This document shows positions 1 through 6,987 of a DNA stretch of 58,939 nucleotides, one piece after another. Position numbers and translations under genes: made by a program. The notes beneath the pieces are model-generated. The model was not told where the DNA came from and searched no databases. It was given only the letters and a program-made list of their open reading frames with translations. The stretch spans positions 1 to 58,939 of the forward strand of contig JBAYMG010000007.1 of NCBI GenBank assembly GCA_041663665.1. Direction: 5' to 3'. How positions within the stretch are numbered: position 1 is the stretch's first letter; every line of letters starts with the position of its first letter. The stretch comes from Candidatus Omnitrophota bacterium. GTDB lineage: Bacteria > Omnitrophota > Gorgyraeia > Gygaellales > Profunditerraquicolaceae.

Positions 1-2
1 AA

Positions 3-683
3 GGTTATCCTTCAACAATTGCAGCCTGCCTGAAAATCATTTTGCCTCAAGCATGGTCATTGTGGGTTTTTCAGTGGATGGACGGCTGGATTACGGTTAA
101 TCAGATCCTGGAGCGGCTTCCAAAAAAGAATAATCGAAGCAATCCTGTACAAAGAGCATTGAGCGAAGCTCTTTATTTTGCCTGGAAACTAGGGACCATT
201 GGGATTATGCCTGCCGTAATTACCGGCAGGGGGTTAATGGAGTCCTGCCGGGATTCCATTTTGGTTGTTAAAACCAAATTTATTGATACTGCTAAACTAA
301 GAATCGGGTATTCTGTTTTATGCTGGATTATCGGCATTAGTGCGTATATAGGAACGATTATATTTTTTATTCACGGACGTTTTATTCCGGCGCATTCTGA
401 GATTTATGGTTTTGTTTATACATTTTATTTTTGGGCAGGCATTCCATTGTTAGTGGCAGTTGCTTTAATTGAATTATTCTTAAGGCCGGCATATATTGTT
501 GGATCCTGCGAACTTTACGCCCAGCATTTAACTGAGCAGAATAAGACTGTTATGCTGCCCCAACCGCCTGCTAGAGGCATTTCAGCTTTTGTTTTCTTTA
601 TTATTTTGTGCGTATTAGTGGCAGTTGTTTTTCTCTATCGCGGCCCATTAGGTATTAATGCTGCGCTGTCGGTGCCTTATTAA
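3..683 (+). CDS. Multi-pass membrane protein of unknown function, 5'-truncated by the window edge
   Basis: Frame is open from position 3 (GYPSTIAACLKIILPQAW...) to TAA at 681-683; several hydrophobic segments; no family recognised. Confidence 0.75.
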   Translation, partial: GYPSTIAACLKIILPQAWSLWVFQWMDGWITVNQILERLPKKNNRSNPVQRALSEALYFAWKLGTIGIMPAVITGRGLMESCRDSILVVKTKFIDTAKLRIGYSVLCWIIGISAYIGTIIFFIHGRFIPAHSEIYGFVYTFYFWAGIPLLVAVALIELFLRPAYIVGSCELYAQHLTEQNKTVMLPQPPARGISAFVFFIILCVLVAVVFLYRGPLGINAALSVPY

Positions 684-717
684 AAGGTTAGTTCTATCTA
701 GATTTTAAAAGTAAGGA

Positions 718-726
718 TGGTATAAT
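718..726 (+). promoter_or_regulatory. Extended -10 promoter element (TGnTATAAT) upstream of the kinase gene
   Basis: TGGTATAAT at 718-726, about 50 nt before ATG 775. Confidence 0.45.
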
Positions 727-774
727 AAAAACACAAAAATAGGATAGTTTCTCAGTTTAGTTAAACAGCCAAAT

Positions 775-3522
775 ATGAATTCAGAAAAAATCATTTGTGT
801 TACAGTGTTATCCGGCCCTTTAAAAGACCGTAAATTCCTCATTAAGCCGGGTTATCCGCCGATATTAATCGGCAGGGGTGAAGAGGCGGAGATTAGGGTT
901 AATTATGATGATTATTGCTCGAGAAATCACGCCAATATCTATTGGGAGAATAATGCTTGTTTTGTTGAAGATTTAAATAGCTCAAAAGGAACATTTATAA
1001 ATGATGTCCGTATCCGCGGAAAAAATGAATTAAAAGATAAAGATGTTATCGGGTTAGGCGCTACCAAGCTGGTTGTGGCAATAGTTGATCCTTTGGATGA
1101 TTCCCCGGGAGAAGAAATTAATGTGCCAGGTTTTGCTAATAAAATTAAGGTCGGAGATTCTATATATGGGCGTTACGAAGTACATCATATTTTGGCAGGC
1201 GCTATAGGGCTTGCTTATGCTTGTTATGATAATTTAAACCGCACCCCTTGTGTTTTAAAGACTCTCCATCGAAAATATTTTACTTCTGCGCAGAACCAAG
1301 CCTATTTTGAAAGAGAAACAGCCACTTGGATAGGATTAGGTAAATATCCTTATATTGTCAGCGCCAGTTTACTTGTGCGCATAGAAAATTGCCCCTTTGT
1401 TGTCCTTGACTATGTTGCTCCGGATGAAAATGGGAGAAATACATTATGCCATTACCTGAGTAATTTGACTTTGCCTGAAATTCTTAAGTATGCAATAGAG
1501 TTTTGTTATGGCATGGAATATGCTTATGCAAAAATGATTATTGCCCATGGAGATATAAAACCAAATAATATTATAATTACTTCAGATAAAACCGTAAGGA
1601 TAACTGATTTCGGGTTAGCAAAATTTTCGCAAAAGATGGAACTTAGCGAGCGTATTCCGGAAAAGATAGATTCGGATTTATATATTTTTAAGAGTAAGTC
1701 CGGCAAAGCCTCCGGGACACTTCCGTATATGGCTCCTGAGCAATTTGATGGCCAAATGAATCAATCGAGTGATATCTATTCTTTTGGTATTGTTCTTTAC
1801 CAAATGGCAGCAAATGGGGTGTTGCCTTTTGCCGGCAAGAATTTATTGGAATATGAGGAGTTGCATAAAAACGCCGCAGTTGCGCATCTTGATTCTCCGC
1901 TTTTTGCGGTTATTGCGAAATGTTTGGAAAAAGACCCTAATAAAAGATATGTAGATTTTGCAACAGTAAGAGTAGAATTGGAAGGTTTGTTTTTAAGAGA
2001 AACCGGAAAAAAGATGGCTCAGCTGGAAGGTATAAAGTTAGATGCCTGGGAAATGTTGAATAAGGGCGTTTCTTTGTATTATCTTGGCCGGCATGAAGAA
2101 GGGATTGCGTTTTATAACCGGGCTATAGATATCAATCCCAAAGATCCGGATACCTATTACAATCGCGGGAACGCTTATTACGCTAAGGGTAATCTTGAGC
2201 AAGCTGTTTTTGACTATAATAAAGCTATAGAAATTAATCCGGTATATTTTAAAGCTTACTACAACCGTGGAGTCTTTCATCATGCCAAAGGCAATTTTGA
2301 GCAAGCTATTTCTGATTACAATAAAGCTATAGAGATTAACCCTAAATTTTTAGATATTTATTACAAACGCGGGAATGCTTATCATGCTAAAGGCGACCTT
2401 GAGCAAGCCATCGCTGATTACAATAAAGCTATAGAGATTAACCCTCAAGATCCCAATGCTTACTATAACCGGGGAGCTATTTATAATGCTCGAGGTAAAC
2501 TTGCGCAAGCCATCTTTGATTATAGTAAAGTTATCGAGATTAGCCCTGCATATCCTAAGGTTTATTACAACCGGGGAATTGCTTATTACGCTAAAGGCAA
2601 TTTTGAGCAAGCTATAGCTGATTATAATAAAGCCATTGAAACCAGCCCTAAAGATTTCGATATCTATTACAACCGGGGAAGTGCTTATCATGCTCAAGGC
2701 GACCTTGACCAAGCCATCGCTGATTACAATAAAGCTATAGAAATTAACCCTAAAGATTTTGATATTTATCACAAACGCGGGGATGCTTATAATGCAAAAG
2801 GTGACGTTGACCAAGCTATCTCTGATTATGATCGGGCTATAGAAATTAACCCTAAAGACCCGGATACCTATTACAGCCGGGGGAATATTCATCATGCTAA
2901 AGGTGATTTTGAGCAAGCTATTTCCGATTACAGTAAGGCCATCGCAATTAACCCGGTATATTTTAAAGCCTATTACAATCGGGGAGTTTTTTATCATACT
3001 AAAGGCAGCCTTAGTAAAGCTATCGCTGATTACAATAAAGCTATAGAAATTAACCCCAAAGATCCTAATGTTTATTACAACCGGGGAATCGCTTATTATG
3101 CTAAAGGCGACCTTGACCAAGCTATTTCCGATTACAATAATGTTGTAGAAATCAATTCTGTATATCCTAAGATTTATTACAGCTTGGGAATTGCTTATTA
3201 TGCGAAAGGCGACCTTGAGCAAGCCATCTTTGACTATGATAAGGCTATAGCGGTTAATCCTAAGGATCCGGATGTCTATTATAAGCGAGGAATTGCTTAT
3301 TACGCTAAGGGTAAACTTGATCAAGCTATTTCCGATTACAGTAAGGCTATAGAAATTAATCCTGAGCATTCCAAGGCTTATACTAACCGGGCTACCGCCT
3401 ATTTTTTAAAAAAGAATTATGATAAAAGCTGGCAAGATGTCCATAAGGTAGAAGAATTAGGGCATGAAATTTTGCCTGGTTTCATTAATGATTTGAAGAG
3501 GGCCTCTGGCAGAAGGCATTGA
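775..3522 (+). CDS. FHA domain - Hanks-type Ser/Thr kinase - TPR repeat protein
   Basis: FHA motifs IGRG..SRNHA..DLNSSKGTFIN; kinase motifs VLK, HGDIKPNN, TDFG, GTLPYMAPE, DIYSFG; 14 C-terminal TPRs. Confidence 0.92.
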   Translation: MNSEKIICVTVLSGPLKDRKFLIKPGYPPILIGRGEEAEIRVNYDDYCSRNHANIYWENNACFVEDLNSSKGTFINDVRIRGKNELKDKDVIGLGATKLVVAIVDPLDDSPGEEINVPGFANKIKVGDSIYGRYEVHHILAGAIGLAYACYDNLNRTPCVLKTLHRKYFTSAQNQAYFERETATWIGLGKYPYIVSASLLVRIENCPFVVLDYVAPDENGRNTLCHYLSNLTLPEILKYAIEFCYGMEYAYAKMIIAHGDIKPNNIIITSDKTVRITDFGLAKFSQKMELSERIPEKIDSDLYIFKSKSGKASGTLPYMAPEQFDGQMNQSSDIYSFGIVLYQMAANGVLPFAGKNLLEYEELHKNAAVAHLDSPLFAVIAKCLEKDPNKRYVDFATVRVELEGLFLRETGKKMAQLEGIKLDAWEMLNKGVSLYYLGRHEEGIAFYNRAIDINPKDPDTYYNRGNAYYAKGNLEQAVFDYNKAIEINPVYFKAYYNRGVFHHAKGNFEQAISDYNKAIEINPKFLDIYYKRGNAYHAKGDLEQAIADYNKAIEINPQDPNAYYNRGAIYNARGKLAQAIFDYSKVIEISPAYPKVYYNRGIAYYAKGNFEQAIADYNKAIETSPKDFDIYYNRGSAYHAQGDLDQAIADYNKAIEINPKDFDIYHKRGDAYNAKGDVDQAISDYDRAIEINPKDPDTYYSRGNIHHAKGDFEQAISDYSKAIAINPVYFKAYYNRGVFYHTKGSLSKAIADYNKAIEINPKDPNVYYNRGIAYYAKGDLDQAISDYNNVVEINSVYPKIYYSLGIAYYAKGDLEQAIFDYDKAIAVNPKDPDVYYKRGIAYYAKGKLDQAISDYSKAIEINPEHSKAYTNRATAYFLKKNYDKSWQDVHKVEELGHEILPGFINDLKRASGRRH
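2044..3471 (+). repeat. Tandem array of 14 x 102 bp TPR-coding repeats
   Basis: 34-aa period (xxxYYNRGxAYxAKGxxxQAIxDYNKAIEINP); the DNA-level similarity is visible, e.g. gattacaataaagctatagaRattaaccc recurs. Confidence 0.9.
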
Positions 3523-3555
3523 GGATTTTTAAGGTTTTCAACCAAGGAGGGGAAT

Positions 3556-4449
3556 ATGGAAAATTTAGCAGGTAGCACAGCGCAAAAATCAACTATACCA
3601 TGGCAAGAGAGGCGAAGTTTAGGTTTCTTTAGAGCGAGCTGGGAAACGATAAAATATGTTCTTCTGCGGCCAGGAGAGTTTTTTGATAATTTAGAAATAA
3701 AGAATTCTATTAAAGAACCGTATTTGTTTTATCTTTTAGTGACTTTAGTTACGAGTATTATTTCTTTAGTTGTTGAGATATTTATTAAACAGGGGCTAAA
3801 TTTTTCAGGTTTTGTCCCCGCAAGCACTATAATTTTATTATTCGTTCTAGTCGGAATTTTCGTTGGTTCAGCCTTGTTGCATTTGGCCGTTATGCTTTTA
3901 GGAGGCAAAGGCGGATTTAAAGGGACGTTTAATGTTTTAGCTTACAATGCTTCAAGCGGGATTTTTTCTGTAATTCCTTTTGTCGGAGTTATTATCGGTG
4001 GAATTTGGGGCATAGTTGTCGGGGTTAAAGGTTTTAAGCGAGTGCATAATTTTAGCACTACCCGGGCAGTAATTGCCTACCTTGGCCTATTTTTTATTGT
4101 GGCGATTATTGGCTTACTTGCGGCAATAGCTGTGCCAAATCTCTTAAGGGCGAGATTGGCTGCTAATGAAGCTCAAACAAGGGCAACGGTTAAAATGATA
4201 TCTACAGCGATAGAAACTTATGTTGTTGCAAATAACGGGCAATTTCCGTTAAGTGAAGCTGACCTTAAAAAAGAAAATTATCTGTCTGAAAATTATGGTG
4301 GAAGTACAAAGAGTGGCTATGATTACTCTGTAAGTTTTAAACAGGATAGCTATAAAATTATTGCTGCACCTAGGGCCTGCGGGACTACAGGAGTAAAAGT
4401 TTTTATGACTCAAACAGGCGAGGCTTTAACCGAGAAAAATTGTAAATAA
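3556..4449 (+). CDS. Yip1-domain membrane protein fused to a type IV pilin-like C-terminal domain
   Basis: N-term IPWQERRSLGFFRASWETIKYVLLRPGEFF and about 5 TM segments (Yip1-like); then IVAIIGLLAAIAVPNLLRAR..ANEA..ISTAIETY pilin alpha-helix and a C-terminal Cys pair. Confidence 0.75.
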   Translation: MENLAGSTAQKSTIPWQERRSLGFFRASWETIKYVLLRPGEFFDNLEIKNSIKEPYLFYLLVTLVTSIISLVVEIFIKQGLNFSGFVPASTIILLFVLVGIFVGSALLHLAVMLLGGKGGFKGTFNVLAYNASSGIFSVIPFVGVIIGGIWGIVVGVKGFKRVHNFSTTRAVIAYLGLFFIVAIIGLLAAIAVPNLLRARLAANEAQTRATVKMISTAIETYVVANNGQFPLSEADLKKENYLSENYGGSTKSGYDYSVSFKQDSYKIIAAPRACGTTGVKVFMTQTGEALTEKNCK

Positions 4450-4506
4450 CTTTATTCAAAATTAATTGTATTTAGTTAGAGTGGAAAAGGAGTAATTTAA
4501 GCAAGA

Positions 4507-5196
4507 ATGGCAACCTTGATAGCATCTTTTCTATTTGTGGTGTTAGCTGAGATGGGTGATAAAACTCAGCTTTTGGCAATGGCTTTTGCCACAAGATACA
4601 GTGTTTATAAAGTATTAATAGCTGTTTTTTTGGCAACCCTGATTAATCATGGATTAGCTGTGCTGACCGGGCATTTTTTAACTACGGTTATCCCAATAGA
4701 TATCATTTCTTTGATAGCGGCAGTTTCCTTTATTATTTTTGGCTTATGGACTATTCGCGGCGATCAGCTTGAAGGAGAGGATAAGAGAGAAAGCCGGTTT
4801 GGGCCTATTCTCACGGTTAGTATTGCTTTTTTTCTTGCCGAGATGGGGGATAAGACGCAGCTTGCTACAATAAGTTTGGCTGTTGAATATCAGAGCATGA
4901 TTAATGTGCTTATGGGTACTACGCTGGGAATGGTGGTTGCCGATGCCTTGGGTATAGTTATTGGTATTGTGATGCGTAGGCATATCCCTGGTAAGATGAT
5001 AAAATGGATAGCAGCAGTTATTTTTATATTATTTGGGCTCAATGGTATATACAGGATTTTGTCAGGCCGTTTAAATGCGGCGTATGTGTGGGGAATAATT
5101 ATAATAATTAGCCTGTTTACAATTTCCTTGGGGCGCTATTTTTCAAAGCCAAGAAGGATGTTTAATGTTTTACCTGTTAAAGAGGGAAACGGATAA
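4507..5196 (+). CDS. TMEM165/GDT1 (UPF0016) family Mn2+/Ca2+ transporter
   Basis: Two copies of the family motif LAEMGDKTQL. Confidence 0.93.
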   Translation: MATLIASFLFVVLAEMGDKTQLLAMAFATRYSVYKVLIAVFLATLINHGLAVLTGHFLTTVIPIDIISLIAAVSFIIFGLWTIRGDQLEGEDKRESRFGPILTVSIAFFLAEMGDKTQLATISLAVEYQSMINVLMGTTLGMVVADALGIVIGIVMRRHIPGKMIKWIAAVIFILFGLNGIYRILSGRLNAAYVWGIIIIISLFTISLGRYFSKPRRMFNVLPVKEGNG

Positions 5197-5243
5197 TGTT
5201 TAAACCTACTATTGATTGGGTAGTCTATGATTTAGTTAAAATG

Positions 5244-5285
5244 CAAAAAGGAAGGCTTCTTTTGGAAGCGGTAAGCCTCTTTTTG
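5244..5285. terminator. Bidirectional intrinsic terminator-like hairpin
   Basis: CAAAAAG-GA-AGGCTT...AAGCCT-CTTTTTG; A-tract and T-tract flank the stem downstream of the UPF0016 gene. Confidence 0.55.
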
Positions 5286-5375
5286 TATGACACGATCAAG
5301 ATATTTTTGCTTCGGTTGTCGGCATGGGGATTATTATTACAGGATATTTATTCAATATTATATTAAGGTAAGGTT

Positions 5376-6266
5376 ATGCATAATGAAATCGGGCATTCCA
5401 AAGAGAAGCGTTTGATCATATCGGCGGTTCTTAATTTTACTACTACTGTGGCGCAGATCATCGGAGGAATTCTTTCAGGCAGCCTTTCGCTGATTTCTGA
5501 TTCTTTGCACAATTTAACTGATAGCGTAGCTTTAGTAATCAGTTTCTTTGCTGTGCGATTAGCGAAAAGGAAAAATACTGAAGCCCAGACGTTTGGGTTT
5601 AAGCGCGCCGAAATCCTGGCAGCTCTTTTTAACGCCTGCGTATTGGTAATAGTCTCAGTGTTTCTCTTTAAGGAAGCATTGGTTAGATTTGCTCATCCAT
5701 ATGCGGTCAACAGCCTGCTCATGCTGTCAGTTGCCTCAATCGGGTTAATTGCGAATATTGTTTCCGTGTTTCTCCTTAAAACACATGCGCATGAAGACCT
5801 AAATATAAGGGCTGCCTATGTGCATCTTTTTTCGGATTTTCTTTCTTCAATTGCAGTGATTATCGGAGCAATAGCGATTTTTATTTTCAAGGCATATTGG
5901 ATTGACCCTTTGTTGACAATTCTTATTGGAATATATGTATTAAGGGAAGGATATAAGATTATCGAAGAAAGCACGCATATCCTTATGCAGCATGTTCCCA
6001 AGGGGATAAATTTAAGGGAGATCCAGGCGCAGATTGAAGGCATTGCCGGGGTAAAAGACATTCACCACGCGCATCTCTGGGCAGTAACTGGGCGGGATAT
6101 TCATTTTGAGGCGCATATTAATGTGTCGCGCGATATGCCGGTGAGTGAAACTTGTCTTTTGGTTAAGCAGACAGAAGGTATACTTAAGGATCGTTTTGCA
6201 ATTACCCATGTAACATTACAAATAGAATTTAATTCCTGTAAGGGTGTGGCTTTGGTTAAGGCGTAA
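5376..6266 (+). CDS. Cation diffusion facilitator (CzcD/ZitB-like Zn/Co/Cd exporter)
   Basis: SLSLISDSLHNLTD, TFGFKRAEILAA, NIRAAYVHLFSD, DIHHAHLW, HVTLQIE. Confidence 0.93.
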   Translation: MHNEIGHSKEKRLIISAVLNFTTTVAQIIGGILSGSLSLISDSLHNLTDSVALVISFFAVRLAKRKNTEAQTFGFKRAEILAALFNACVLVIVSVFLFKEALVRFAHPYAVNSLLMLSVASIGLIANIVSVFLLKTHAHEDLNIRAAYVHLFSDFLSSIAVIIGAIAIFIFKAYWIDPLLTILIGIYVLREGYKIIEESTHILMQHVPKGINLREIQAQIEGIAGVKDIHHAHLWAVTGRDIHFEAHINVSRDMPVSETCLLVKQTEGILKDRFAITHVTLQIEFNSCKGVALVKA

Positions 6267-6353
6267 AGCAGTAAAAAAAGAGTTGATTTTAGCTTGTAAT
6301 GGCAGGATAATATTTTATAAAGAATTTGAGTTTAAAGTAACGAGGAGAACTGA

Positions 6354-6848
6354 ATGAAAAGAAAAACGATAGTGTTATTGGGCATAGTTGTTGCGGGTTT
6401 AATTGCCGGTTTTTTTCTAGTAAAAGCAGGATTAAAAGGAGTTGAGTCTTTTAAGTCAAACTATCCGGATGGCCAGTTAAGAGAAGCAGGCGCTACCAAG
6501 GATGGTAAATTGAACGGTTCATTTAAGTCTTATTATCCGGGCGGACAGTTGAAATTGGAATGGACTTACGTTGATGGCAAGAAAGAAGGATCGGCTAAAT
6601 TTTATTTTGAAAGCGGTAAATTGCAGGCCAAGGTAAACTATAAAGATGATTTATCGGATGGAACATCCCGGTTTTATTTTGAAAATGGTAAATTGCAGGC
6701 AGAAATGAATTATAAGGCTGGCAAGTTGGATGGGGTATCTAAAACATATAAATCTTCCGGAGAGATTATTTATGTCGATATCTATAAGAATGGTGAATTG
6801 CAAGCCCGGAAGCCGTATAATGATATAGAAAAATTTGTACTCAAATAA
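6354..6848 (+). CDS. Membrane-anchored MORN-variant repeat protein (YwqK-like)
   Basis: N-terminal hydrophobic anchor, then repeats Y(Y/F)xxGxLxxExxYxxGKxxG. Confidence 0.85.
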   Translation: MKRKTIVLLGIVVAGLIAGFFLVKAGLKGVESFKSNYPDGQLREAGATKDGKLNGSFKSYYPGGQLKLEWTYVDGKKEGSAKFYFESGKLQAKVNYKDDLSDGTSRFYFENGKLQAEMNYKAGKLDGVSKTYKSSGEIIYVDIYKNGELQARKPYNDIEKFVLK

Positions 6849-6918
6849 ATTTTTAAAATTATGGGGTGAAAGTGACCCGGATCGATAAGAGCAGGCGCCC
6901 ATAGATGATTTTAACTTG

Positions 6919-6966
6919 AAACTCAAACTTAGTTTACTCTAAAAATGTAAGCTGATTTGAGTTTTT
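6919..6966 (+). terminator. Long hairpin + U-tract between the MORN gene and the sensor gene
   Basis: AAACTCAAA-C-TTAGTTTAC / GTAAGCTGA-TTTGAGTTT, then TT; 9 nt loop. Confidence 0.5.
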
Positions 6967-6987
6967 TATTTATTTAAGGTAATTATT

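Noticed and set aside
2350-3369. 339-aa antisense ORF (and other short shadow ORFs in the track)
   Set aside because: It mirrors the periodic TPR codons on the opposite strand and has no recognisable motifs; the same applies to the short antisense and alternative-frame ORFs overlapping confident genes
2044-3471. Diversity-generating retroelement target in the TPR array
   Set aside because: No reverse transcriptase or non-coding template repeat; differences between units are not adenine-specific
4450-4506. yybP-ykoY Mn riboswitch before UPF0016
   Set aside because: The intergenic space is only 57 bp, AT-rich and without the motif
6354-6848. Toxin-antitoxin pair implied by the YwqK label
   Set aside because: No toxin ORF on either side
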